A stretch of 25,186 bases of DNA, taken from a virus. Its lineage: Duplodnaviria > Caudoviricetes. The stretch lies in IMG/VR virus record IMGVR_UViG_3300017755_003500, positions 1-25,186 of that record; one strand, written 5' to 3'. How positions within the stretch are numbered: position 1 is the stretch's first letter; each line of letters opens with the position of its first letter. The notes under the pieces are model-generated. The model had not been told where the DNA came from. It saw only the letters and a list, made by a program, of their open reading frames with translations, and ran no database searches. Positions 8,413-17,200 of the stretch are shown piece by piece. The position numbers and the translations under genes were made by a program.

Positions 8413-8611
8413 TATTTTTCTCCTCTTGAATGTTAATTTGTACACTATTACCATTGATACATGTTGGAACATCAGTACATAATGGTTCACAATGACTACC
8501 GTCTTGTCGCTCCACGTACACAAAAAAACGTTCGTGGTTTAACTCAACTAATCTTGCTAAATCAAAATTGTTTAAGCTGTTTGATAGGTTTATAAGTTCT
8601 TTTTCAGTCAT
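8405..8611 (-). CDS. Hypothetical protein
   Basis: GAGGTG RBS before ATG 8611 (MTEKELIN...). Confidence 0.55.
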   Translation of the reverse strand: MTEKELINLSNSLNNFDLARLVELNHERFFVYVERQDGSHCEPLCTDVPTCINGNSVQINIQEEKNNG

Positions 8612-8771
8612 ACTCACCTCTATCAACTATTCTTGTAATAGCTAAATCTTCTAAAACAATATTAATTTCTATTAATGTGCTTTCTGGAACGAGACACATT
8701 AACTCACCAATGGACATCTCATGCTCAAGCTCTTTTACTTCATCTCTTATTATACTGCTATGTATAGTCAT
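8604..8771 (-). CDS. Hypothetical protein, 55 aa
   Basis: GAGGA RBS; MTIHSSIIRDEVKELEHEMSIGELMCLVPESTLIEINIVLEDLAITRIVDRGEYD*; fills an operon gap. Absent from the ORF track. Confidence 0.55.
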   Translation of the reverse strand: MTIHSSIIRDEVKELEHEMSIGELMCLVPESTLIEINIVLEDLAITRIVDRGEYD

Positions 8772-8773
8772 TT

Positions 8774-8899
8774 TTATTTATCCTCTCTTTTTATTTTATG
8801 ATAATGGTCATTATCCCATTTAATAAGAATTATTAGTCCTAGCCCTGCAACTATAAATCCAAAGGCAAACCCAATCATTATCAACATTAGATTACTCAT
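8774..8899 (-). CDS. Small membrane peptide, 41 aa
   Basis: MSNLMLIMIGFAFGFIVAGLGLIILIKWDNDHYHKIKREDK*; overlaps the ERF stop. Absent from the ORF track. Confidence 0.55.
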   Translation of the reverse strand: MSNLMLIMIGFAFGFIVAGLGLIILIKWDNDHYHKIKREDK

Positions 8900-9530
8900 G
8901 TATCCTAGCCTCTATTAAATGTATTTGCTTAGCCACCATGTCAATATAGTTTTTATGCTTATATTTTTTAATAAAATCTAAAAATTGTTTGTGAGTTTCC
9001 TCTTTTAGCGTTGTAAGCTCAGCACTAGTAGTAACAGTAACAATACTATTTAAAAATGCTTGATACATTAACGTTAATTGAGCTGATGTACCATCTTGGT
9101 CAATTTCCTCTGCACTATCTAAAATTATTAAATTAAACAAGTCGCCAAGTAGATACCTATAAGCATACGTTTGAGCAGAGCCATAATCCCAAAATGTACC
9201 TTGTGCCATTGGCATAGCTATAAACCATGTACAGCTTTGACCTGTATCAGCATGTAGTAACTGGTATTTAAAAATAACATTATTGTCATTACTTTTACTT
9301 GGCTCTTGGCTAAAGTAACCAACTAAGCCTTGCTCGGCTAGTGGCTCGACTGTACATTTTTTAATATCACCTTTGGTTGCTATAACAATCCAATTACCCT
9401 CTCGGTCTTTGTAAGCACCTTTTCCTGTTCCTACAATAGGTGGAAATTTTTTCCTAGCTTTTAAAAGCCTTTGATGTACTTCCGTATGTGATAGTCTTTC
9501 AACCATATCTGCTGTTGTTTCTTTGCTCAT
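8892..9530 (-). CDS. erf: ERF-family single-strand annealing protein
   Basis: GSAQTYAYRYLLGDLFNL matches the ERF signature GSAxTYAxRYxL; LLHADTGQ upstream. Confidence 0.85.
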   Translation of the reverse strand: MSKETTADMVERLSHTEVHQRLLKARKKFPPIVGTGKGAYKDREGNWIVIATKGDIKKCTVEPLAEQGLVGYFSQEPSKSNDNNVIFKYQLLHADTGQSCTWFIAMPMAQGTFWDYGSAQTYAYRYLLGDLFNLIILDSAEEIDQDGTSAQLTLMYQAFLNSIVTVTTSAELTTLKEETHKQFLDFIKKYKHKNYIDMVAKQIHLIEARIHE

Positions 9531-9835
9531 TGTAATCTCCTGTTAATTAAAATTTTAATCATATTTTGCGTTGTACTCTCTAATGTAGAAAAAAGCTCAC
9601 TATGATTTACAAGCCTACTAAATACAAAATCGTAGAACTTTGTAATACCAATGTCGTGTTGTAACGTGTATTGATTATATAAATGGTAATAATCAGCCTC
9701 GTCTATATATTTCTGTATGGTAGTGCTGTGCCTTATTACAGGACTCCAAAAATCAATTTGTGATTGTAAGTCCTCTTTAAGCTCAAGCTCACTTAATACA
9801 AAATCATGCAGAGAGTTTGGTTTATATGTAGCCAT
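9527..9835 (-). CDS. Hypothetical protein, first gene of the leftward operon
   Basis: 102 aa ORF, ACTAGGA RBS; no HTH or peptidase S24 features visible. Confidence 0.65.
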   Translation of the reverse strand: MATYKPNSLHDFVLSELELKEDLQSQIDFWSPVIRHSTTIQKYIDEADYYHLYNQYTLQHDIGITKFYDFVFSRLVNHSELFSTLESTTQNMIKILINRRLQ

Positions 9836-9849
9836 GTCATTTCCTAGTC

Positions 9850-9950
9850 GTGAATAACACCTTATTATATGTCATTTTAAGGTATATATGTACTTTATTT
9901 ACTTTGTACTATATAATATTTTTACTTACAGCAAAATTCTAATAAATACA
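9850..9950. promoter_or_regulatory. Divergent promoter region
   Basis: AT-rich gap between divergent operons; rightward TGTACT(9889)-17 nt-TATAAT(9912); leftward TATAAT at about 9864-9869. Confidence 0.55.
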
Positions 9951-9961
9951 AGGAGCTATAA

Positions 9962-10156
9962 ATGACACTTAAAAATTATTTAAACAAGGAACGCTATTCT
10001 GTTGCAAAATTCGCTAATGCTATTAGTGTGAATCAACATACTGTTAATAAATGGGTTTATACAGACGTGGTACCACGTAAAGGTGATGTGGTAAAAGTTT
10101 ACACATTTACCAAAGGACAAGTACAACCCAATGATTTCTACGGTATAAGCACATGA
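9962..10156 (+). CDS. Cro-like HTH transcriptional regulator
   Basis: MTLKNYL...SVAKFANAISVNQHTVNKW...TKGQVQPNDFY; small XRE/Cro pattern; AGGAG RBS. Confidence 0.8.
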   Translation: MTLKNYLNKERYSVAKFANAISVNQHTVNKWVYTDVVPRKGDVVKVYTFTKGQVQPNDFYGIST

Positions 10157-10755
10157 GCTTTTCTGCATTAGCATGGGCAGTTAAACAAGACACAAAAAGT
10201 CCAATATCAAAACTTGTATTGTTAATGATAGCTAATTATGCAAACGAATATAATGAAGCTTACCCAAGCCAACAACATCTAGCAAAACTTTGTCAATGTA
10301 CAAGAGTATCAATAAATAAACACATTAAAGATTTAAACAAGTTGGGTTTAATAACAACTAAAAAGCAAAAAAATAACATGTACGGATATAATTTATACGT
10401 GTTAAATATTAAGTCTGTAAATAATATTGACACACCCAATGTAAATAATATTGACCTAACTAGTAAACAGATTTTACACAATACACAAGATACACATAAT
10501 AGCCTGTTTGAGCATTTCTGGAATAAATGTCCAAGAAAAATAGGAAAAAAGAAAGTTAAAAGCATTTATACTAATTTAGTAGCAAAAAAAGAGGTAACAC
10601 AAAATCAATTAATAACTGCTATGCAAAGGTACGCTGATAGTGTAAAAGATACTGATACAGCTTTTATAGCACACCCAACAACGTGGTTAAATCAGGGTCG
10701 TTGGGAAGATAAAATTGAGTATAAAAAGAAAAACAAAAATTATTTATTAGGTTAA
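10153..10755 (+). CDS. Replication initiator (N-terminal winged HTH, lambda O-like organisation)
   Basis: KLVLLMIANYA...AYPSQQHLAKLC HTH; C-terminal FEHFW..PRKIGK...HPTTWLNQGRWED; followed by a helicase. Confidence 0.85.
   Translation: MSFSALAWAVKQDTKSPISKLVLLMIANYANEYNEAYPSQQHLAKLCQCTRVSINKHIKDLNKLGLITTKKQKNNMYGYNLYVLNIKSVNNIDTPNVNNIDLTSKQILHNTQDTHNSLFEHFWNKCPRKIGKKKVKSIYTNLVAKKEVTQNQLITAMQRYADSVKDTDTAFIAHPTTWLNQGRWEDKIEYKKKNKNYLLG
10416..10477 (+). repeat. Iteron-like repeats, putative replication origin
   Basis: TGTAAATAATATTGAC at 10416-10431 and 10440-10455, plus variant AGTAAACAGATTTTAC at 10462-10477, in the initiator linker. Confidence 0.65.
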
Positions 10756-10767
10756 AGAGGAAAAACA

Positions 10768-11631
10768 ATGAGCAAAAAAATAAATGGGTTATATACAGTA
10801 CACGATATAAGGAATGCAGTTGTTGATTTGTATTCTGGAAATACATCACAACCATTCGACGTTGGTTTCGAGCCACTTGAAGATTTGTACAAGGTTTCAC
10901 GTGGAACATTTCACGTATGGACAGGCGTACCTAATCATGGCAAATCATCTTTTTTAGCAGATATTATTATGCAAATGGCTAAATTACATAATTGGAAATT
11001 TTGTATATTTTCACCAGAGCATAGTATGGCAAATAATATTAAACGCTTAGTTGAAAAATTTATGTTAAAGCCTTTTGATTACGGTATGGAGGGACGTGTA
11101 AGTAAAGAGGAATTAGGTAAAAGTTTAACGTTTATAAATGAGCATTTTTATTTTATTGATATGGAAAATGAGAGTCCTGATATTCACTGGATATTAAACG
11201 TTGCACGACAAGCAAAAGAGGTATATGAAATTGACGGTTTAGTTATTGACCCATATAACGAGATTAATCCAACACGTAAAAGTAGCCTGAGAGAGGACGA
11301 GCATATATCAACAGTAATAAGTGATATTAAAAGATTTAATAGAGAGACTGAGTGTGTAACGTGGTTAGTAGCACACCCTAAAAAAATGCAAAGACAAGAG
11401 GACGGCACGTACCAAGTTGATTCTTATGATATAAGTGGCTCAGCACATTTTGCTAACAAAGCTGATTTAATTGTAAATATAAACAGAATATTTAATCCTG
11501 AAAAAACATTATTTCAAATAAAAAAAGTGCGAGAGGCTGATTTATATGGAGCTATTGGTGAGGCTGAATTTAAGTGGAACAGTAGTACAAGATGTTTTCA
11601 CCCGTTAAATATTACTAAATGGGATAAATAA
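10768..11631 (+). CDS. SF4 replicative helicase (Twinkle/T7 gp4-like helicase domain only)
   Basis: Walker A TGVPNHGKS, LVIDPYN, LVAHPKK, YDISGSAHFANKAD. Confidence 0.88.
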   Translation: MSKKINGLYTVHDIRNAVVDLYSGNTSQPFDVGFEPLEDLYKVSRGTFHVWTGVPNHGKSSFLADIIMQMAKLHNWKFCIFSPEHSMANNIKRLVEKFMLKPFDYGMEGRVSKEELGKSLTFINEHFYFIDMENESPDIHWILNVARQAKEVYEIDGLVIDPYNEINPTRKSSLREDEHISTVISDIKRFNRETECVTWLVAHPKKMQRQEDGTYQVDSYDISGSAHFANKADLIVNINRIFNPEKTLFQIKKVREADLYGAIGEAEFKWNSSTRCFHPLNITKWDK

Positions 11632-11641
11632 AAGGAGAGCT

Positions 11642-12253
11642 ATGGATTTTAAAATACATGAGTCATTTCAAAACGTTGTACAAGGCGAGGGCTATCATGC
11701 TGGACGCCCTTGTGATTTTATAAGGTTATACGGTTGTCCTGTTGGCTGTTATTTTTGTGATACAGGATACGCAAAAGATAATACAACTAAAATTATGAAA
11801 TATAAAATACCACAAGAAAAATTACTTGATGATTTAAAGTCAAATTTTGTTGTTATTAGTGGTGGAGAGCCATTTATACATAAAAACATTAATGTATTAT
11901 GTGAAAATTTAATACAAATAAATAAAGACGTTGCTATTGAGACGTCAGGTGCATTTTATCAAAACGTAAATGATAAAGTATGGATTACACTATCACCAAA
12001 ACATCACATATCACCAAAATACCCTGTTAAACAAGAGGTTTGGCAAAGAGCAAACGAACTGAAAATTGTTGTTGACACTGGTTATGAGCTTGATTTTTAT
12101 AAAGATTTTATAATAAATTTTAATGGATATAAATATTTACAACCTGAGTTTGACGACATGGAAAAGACATTGCCGTTAGTTTTAAAGTTGTTACAAACTC
12201 ATCAAGATTTTAAATTGTCGTTACAAACCCACAAAATTATAGGAGTACGTTAA
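11642..12253 (+). CDS. queE: 7-carboxy-7-deazaguanine synthase (radical SAM)
   Basis: VQGEG...FIRLYGCPVGCYFCDT (CX3CX2C), SGGEP, IETSG, LSPK, LSLQTHK. Confidence 0.95.
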   Translation: MDFKIHESFQNVVQGEGYHAGRPCDFIRLYGCPVGCYFCDTGYAKDNTTKIMKYKIPQEKLLDDLKSNFVVISGGEPFIHKNINVLCENLIQINKDVAIETSGAFYQNVNDKVWITLSPKHHISPKYPVKQEVWQRANELKIVVDTGYELDFYKDFIINFNGYKYLQPEFDDMEKTLPLVLKLLQTHQDFKLSLQTHKIIGVR

Positions 12254-12702
12254 TGTATAGAGTAACAAAAAATTATGGACACGTTGAGGGATTAAGTTGT
12301 TGTTTTAGGCAGTGGAGAGCTGACAGTCATTGTAATATGTTACATGGCTATAGTTTATCCGTACAAATAAATATTGATACATCAAATTTAGATGATAAGA
12401 ATTGGGTTTTTGACTTTGGCTCTTTTAAATATATTAAAGATGTATTACACCAAACATTTGACCATACTACTTTAATATCAGAAGATGACCCTGAGTTAGC
12501 AACGTTTAAAAGTTTAAATAAAAAAAAGTTAATTGATTTGCGTATCATTAATGCTGTTGGTTGTGAAAAGTTTGCTGAACATATATTTAACGAATTTAAT
12601 TTATATATTATTAAAAACAGTAACAACAGAGCTTGTATCAGTAGCGTAAAGGTATCAGAGCATGAGGGAAACTCTGCAACATACATAAATAACAAGGAAT
12701 AA
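12253..12702 (+). CDS. queD: 6-carboxytetrahydropterin synthase
   Basis: HCNMLHGY, WVFDFG, FDHT, VSEHEGNSA T-fold motifs. Confidence 0.92.
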   Translation: MYRVTKNYGHVEGLSCCFRQWRADSHCNMLHGYSLSVQINIDTSNLDDKNWVFDFGSFKYIKDVLHQTFDHTTLISEDDPELATFKSLNKKKLIDLRIINAVGCEKFAEHIFNEFNLYIIKNSNNRACISSVKVSEHEGNSATYINNKE

Positions 12703-12703
12703 T

Positions 12704-13414
12704 ATGAATATGAAAATTATACAAGTTATATCTGGAGGTATGGACAGTGTTGCTATGTTGTATTACTTACATAACAAACATAAAAATATTAAATGTTTAT
12801 CAATTAATTATAATCAAAAACATAAAAAAGAAATTGCGTTTGCTAGTTACCATTGTAAAAAATTAGGTATTGAGCATAAGGTTGTTGATATAACAAGTGT
12901 AGCAAGTTTATTTAATAAAGAATCGGTGTTAATAAATGAAAATAATGATGTGCCAAATGGTCATTATGAAAATATTGAAATGAAAAAAACTATAGTACCA
13001 AATAGAAATATGTTAATTCTAGCTATAGCAACAGCATGGGCTATTGAAGAAAAATATAATGCTATATGTTATGGAGCACACTCAGGTGATAGTGTTATTT
13101 ATCCTGATTGCAGACTGGAATTTGTTAACGCTATGCAAAAAGCTATTAGCTTATGTGATGACCATAAAATAAATATTATTACTCCATTTATAAATAAAAC
13201 CAAGGCTGACATTGTTGAGGTTGGAAACAAATTAAAAGTTAATTGGCAAAAGACGTGGACATGCTATAAGGGTAGAGAACTGCATTGTGGAATGTGTGCT
13301 ACGTGTATTGAAAGGCGAGAGGCATTTTATTTAGCTGGAATTAAAGACCCAACTATATACGACGCTTGTTTAAGTGTTGAGGAATTAATTAAAACAAATT
13401 GGAGTAAGAAATGA
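12704..13414 (+). CDS. queC: 7-cyano-7-deazaguanine (preQ0) synthase
   Basis: SGGMDS, VPNRN, YPDCR, TWTCY, HCGMCATCIERREAF. Confidence 0.96.
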   Translation: MNMKIIQVISGGMDSVAMLYYLHNKHKNIKCLSINYNQKHKKEIAFASYHCKKLGIEHKVVDITSVASLFNKESVLINENNDVPNGHYENIEMKKTIVPNRNMLILAIATAWAIEEKYNAICYGAHSGDSVIYPDCRLEFVNAMQKAISLCDDHKINIITPFINKTKADIVEVGNKLKVNWQKTWTCYKGRELHCGMCATCIERREAFYLAGIKDPTIYDACLSVEELIKTNWSKK

Positions 13415-14259
13415 TTAAATATAATTATACATGGACAGAATTTTTTAAAGACTTAGACATTTTAAAAGAAAAATTAAAACCAAATGACATCTTGTATGCT
13501 GTACCACGTGGTGGATTTTTTGTAACAAATTTTTTAACACAAAGAAAAACAATAGATATTGATAAAGCTACTGTAATTATTGATGACATATTAGATAGTG
13601 GTGCTACACGTAAAAAGTATGAAACTATGACACATGCTGATTTTTTAGTGTTAGTGGATAAACAAAAAGACGAGCATAAAAATAAAGGTTATATAATATT
13701 TCCATGGGAAAATAATACACTTGATGACCACGACATAGTAACAAGAATGATTGAGGCTATTGGTGAAAGCCCTAATAGAGAGGGTTTAATTGACACACCA
13801 AAAAGAGTTGTAAAAAGTTGGAAAAAAATATTTGGTGGTTACAGTCAAACAGCAGAGGAAGTTTTGCAAACAGCTTTTACTGAAGAATATGACCAAATGA
13901 TAGTGTGTAAGGATATTGAGTTTTACAGTACATGCGAACACCATATGCTACCGTTTTATGGTAAAGCACATATTGGTTATATACCAAATGAAAAAGTTGT
14001 TGGGTTAAGCAAAATGCCACGCTTGTTAGAAGTTTTCGCACGTCGTATGCAAATACAAGAGAGACTGACAAACCAAGTAGCTGACTCAATGCAAAGAATA
14101 ATACAACCAAAAGGAGCTGGAGTTATTATTGAGGCTAAACATCATTGTATGGTATGTCGTGGTGTTGAAAAACAAAACTCAAGTATGATTACAACAGCAT
14201 TAACTGGAGTATTCAAAGAGCAATTAGTTAAAGATGAATTTCAAGGACATTGTAAATGA
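13411..14259 (+). CDS. folE: GTP cyclohydrolase I with N-terminal type I phosphoribosyltransferase-like domain
   Basis: Residues about 1-100: VPRGG, IIDDILDSGAT, IIFPWE (Gpt-like). Remainder: REGLIDTPKRV, STCEHHMLPF, GLSK, QIQERLT, HHCMVCRGV. Confidence 0.93.
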   Translation: MIKYNYTWTEFFKDLDILKEKLKPNDILYAVPRGGFFVTNFLTQRKTIDIDKATVIIDDILDSGATRKKYETMTHADFLVLVDKQKDEHKNKGYIIFPWENNTLDDHDIVTRMIEAIGESPNREGLIDTPKRVVKSWKKIFGGYSQTAEEVLQTAFTEEYDQMIVCKDIEFYSTCEHHMLPFYGKAHIGYIPNEKVVGLSKMPRLLEVFARRMQIQERLTNQVADSMQRIIQPKGAGVIIEAKHHCMVCRGVEKQNSSMITTALTGVFKEQLVKDEFQGHCK

Positions 14260-15011
14260 TACATTATTTTGCTGGGTCAAGGTCTAGTGCTTTAATAAAA
14301 AATCACCTTATTGTGTGGACAGACAAAGGTGCTGTAGCAAAACGTGAGGAAGTTTACACAAAGGATAGCAATATTTTAGTTGATAGTGGTGCGTTCTCAG
14401 CGTACACACAAGGGAAAACAGTTGACATTGACGAGTACATTGAATGGATTAAAAACTATAAACTTAAATGGGAAAAAAAAGTAAACCAATTAAACTTTAT
14501 AAATTTAGATGTAATTGGTAGTCCACAAGACAGTCAAAAAAATTTAAACTATTTAATTAAAAATAATGTAAACGTTTTACCCGTATTACATCAAGCTGGG
14601 TTTAATGTTGATACTTTAAAATCATACTTAGCCAAACATGATTATATTGCTTTTGGTGGAATGGTTGGACGTAAACGCAAACAAGATACTATTCCTTGGT
14701 TAAATAAATGTTTTCATCAAATTGGTAAGCACTATAAAAAAACAAAAAAATTACCACGTATACACTTATTAGGTGTAGGTAGTGAGGATATGATGTATAG
14801 ATATCCAGCATGTAGCGTTGACAATACTAATTGGCTAGCTGTATATAGATTTGGTCGTAGTAATTTTATACATGAATTAAAAGCACCACGAGAATCACAA
14901 GATAGAGATTTAGTTGAAAAAATTGTAGAGTATGATATTAAAAGATTTCAAGAGATTGAATTAAACGTAACTAATTATTGGACAAAAAAAGGAGTTAGCT
15001 TTAATGAATAA
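14256..15011 (+). CDS. TGT-fold transglycosylase, DpdA-like (candidate DNA preQ0 insertion enzyme)
   Basis: LVDSGAFS, NLDVIG, LPVLH, IAFGG, IHLLG, SVDNTNW: TGT-like barrel motifs with both presumed catalytic Asp; coupled to the que/fol genes; no CxCxxC zinc site. Confidence 0.75.
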   Translation: MIHYFAGSRSSALIKNHLIVWTDKGAVAKREEVYTKDSNILVDSGAFSAYTQGKTVDIDEYIEWIKNYKLKWEKKVNQLNFINLDVIGSPQDSQKNLNYLIKNNVNVLPVLHQAGFNVDTLKSYLAKHDYIAFGGMVGRKRKQDTIPWLNKCFHQIGKHYKKTKKLPRIHLLGVGSEDMMYRYPACSVDNTNWLAVYRFGRSNFIHELKAPRESQDRDLVEKIVEYDIKRFQEIELNVTNYWTKKGVSFNE

Positions 15012-15594
15012 ATATGACGTTGATAGTGTTGTAATTAATATGGACGATATACGCCCAAATACATGGAATCCAAACAAAATGAATAAAGCAACATACGAGG
15101 CTGAAAAAGAGTCATTAATAACTTATGGTCTAGTTGCACCAATAGTTGTACGCAAATGTGCTGATGAAGAGGGCTACGAGATAGTTGATGGAGAACACCG
15201 ATTTACCATATGGTACGAGCTAGGGCATAAAGAAATATCCTGTATGTTAATACACAATTTAAGTGATAAGGACGCAAAAAAATTAACTATTATATTAAAT
15301 GAGACTAAAGGTAACAATGACAAGATTGAGTTAGGGAAGTTATTGGCTAATTTACAACTAGAGTTTGGTAAGGACTTAAACATAGGATTACCATTTACAA
15401 CAGACGTTATAAACGATTTAATTGATTTTGGTAATGTTGATTGGGATAGTTACAACCAAGACAATAGTGAATCAGTTAACGAGAGTGAAGTTTATAGACT
15501 ACATTTAACATTTAAGGGCAGTGATATTGATTTAATAAAAAATAAACTTGGCGATAGCCCTGAAACTGCTATTATTAATTTACTTACAAATTAA
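15004..15594 (+). CDS. ParB/Srx-like N-terminal domain protein
   Basis: IRPNTWNPNKM...YGLVAPIVVR...YEIVDGEHRF. Confidence 0.85.
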   Translation: MNKYDVDSVVINMDDIRPNTWNPNKMNKATYEAEKESLITYGLVAPIVVRKCADEEGYEIVDGEHRFTIWYELGHKEISCMLIHNLSDKDAKKLTIILNETKGNNDKIELGKLLANLQLEFGKDLNIGLPFTTDVINDLIDFGNVDWDSYNQDNSESVNESEVYRLHLTFKGSDIDLIKNKLGDSPETAIINLLTN

Positions 15595-15620
15595 TTTATT
15601 TTTACACTATAAAAGTATAT

Positions 15621-16004
15621 ATGCCTAAATTAGTAAACAAAACAGATGAAAATGCACGTATGGTAACTCAATTAGCTGGGTTAGGATTACCACATGAACA
15701 AATTTGTTCAATATTAGATATATCCAAACCAACGTTATACAAGTACTATAATAATGACCTTGTTAAAGGCAAAGCAACTGCTAATGCTAAAATATCAGAA
15801 AATCTTTTTAAGATAGCAACAGGTACAGGGCGTGAGGCAGTTACAGCATGTATATTCTGGCTTAAGACTCAAGCACGTTGGACTGAGAAACAAGTATTGG
15901 AGATTCAAGATGGTACAGAGCAAGATGATAAATTTAAACAACTCATCACAGACATTCAAAGAGCTAAACTCGCAGAAGAAGATAGCGACAATACTATTAA
16001 CTGA
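15621..16004 (+). CDS. terS: Terminase small subunit
   Basis: GLPHEQICSILDISKPTLYKYY HTH, TACIFWLKTQARW; precedes terL. Confidence 0.8.
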   Translation: MPKLVNKTDENARMVTQLAGLGLPHEQICSILDISKPTLYKYYNNDLVKGKATANAKISENLFKIATGTGREAVTACIFWLKTQARWTEKQVLEIQDGTEQDDKFKQLITDIQRAKLAEEDSDNTIN

Positions 16005-17193
16005 TTGGATAAAAAAAGCTCGTAAGAATCAAATAGTTGTAGATGATGATGATTATAATATCCAATTATTCTTAGCTGGTAGAGGGTGGGGAAAAACTTT
16101 AACTGGTGCTTATGACATGGTGCAATATTGCTTAATTAATCCAAACAGTATTTGTGGTGTTATAGCACCCACTTACGGTGACTTAAAACGTGTATGCTTT
16201 GCTGGTGAGTCAGGTTTACTTGGTATACTTGATAAAGGTTTATTAAACGAGGCTGGTTATAACAAGTCAGCAAACGAGATTGAGTTTTACAACGGGTCAA
16301 AAATAGTAGGATTCCCAGCTATAGAGCCAGACAGGTTACGTGGTGTACAATTTCATAGAGTTTGGTGTGATGAACTTGCGTCATGGAGATACAGAGAAAC
16401 GTTTGACAACTTAATGATGGCGTTACGATTAGGGCAATCGCCAAAATGTATAATAACAACAACTCCACGTCCAACTGAATTAATAAAAGAGTTAGCAGTA
16501 CGGGCAGACACTAAAATCATTAAAGGTAGCACGTTTGATAACATTGATAACCTTGCTCCATCAGCAATAAAAATGCTAAAAGAAAGGTACGAGGGAACTA
16601 GACTAGGGCGTCAAGAATTGTACGCAGAAATATTAGAGGACATTGAGGGTGCGTTATTTAATAGTGCTAACATTGAGCAAAATAGAATTGAAGTTACGCC
16701 TGACATGCAAAGAATAGTTATAGCAGTAGACCCAGCAGTTACTGCTAATGCTAATTCAGACGAGACAGGTATTGTTGTGGTTGGTAGAGGAATCGATAAT
16801 CATTATTATGTACTTGATGACAAATCAGGTGTATTTAGCCCAGATGTTTGGATTAAGAGGGCTATAGACTTGTATTATAAATTTGACGCTGATAGGATTG
16901 TATGCGAGGTTAACAATGGTGGAGACTTGATAGAAAAATTATTAAGAGTACAAGATGTTAACGTTCCATATACATCAGTACGAGCAACAAGGGGAAAAAT
17001 GTTACGAGCAGAGCCTATATCAGCATTATATGAACAATCAAAAGTCAAGCACGTTGGATATTTTAAAGAGCTTGAGGACCAGATGTGTTCGTACACACCA
17101 AACACAATAAAATCACCGGACAGGCTAGACGCTTTGGTATGGGGTTTAACAAGTTTACAATCATCAGGAAACGCAATTTATAGAATTAGTTGA
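15910..17193 (+). CDS. terL: Terminase large subunit
   Basis: LAGRGWGKT, RLRGVQF...WCDE, ITTTP, IAVDPA, SPDRLDALVW. Start taken as ATG 15910 (GGAG at 15899-15902); the track's 15832 GTG is possible. Confidence 0.95.
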   Translation: MVQSKMINLNNSSQTFKELNSQKKIATILLTDWIKKARKNQIVVDDDDYNIQLFLAGRGWGKTLTGAYDMVQYCLINPNSICGVIAPTYGDLKRVCFAGESGLLGILDKGLLNEAGYNKSANEIEFYNGSKIVGFPAIEPDRLRGVQFHRVWCDELASWRYRETFDNLMMALRLGQSPKCIITTTPRPTELIKELAVRADTKIIKGSTFDNIDNLAPSAIKMLKERYEGTRLGRQELYAEILEDIEGALFNSANIEQNRIEVTPDMQRIVIAVDPAVTANANSDETGIVVVGRGIDNHYYVLDDKSGVFSPDVWIKRAIDLYYKFDADRIVCEVNNGGDLIEKLLRVQDVNVPYTSVRATRGKMLRAEPISALYEQSKVKHVGYFKELEDQMCSYTPNTIKSPDRLDALVWGLTSLQSSGNAIYRIS

Positions 17194-17200
17194 GGACACT

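Noticed and set aside
11642-15011. Reading the que genes as tRNA queuosine synthesis or a QatABCD defence system
   Set aside because: No QueF/QueA/QueG and no QatA ATPase or TatD; phage context beside ParB-like and terminase genes fits DNA modification better.
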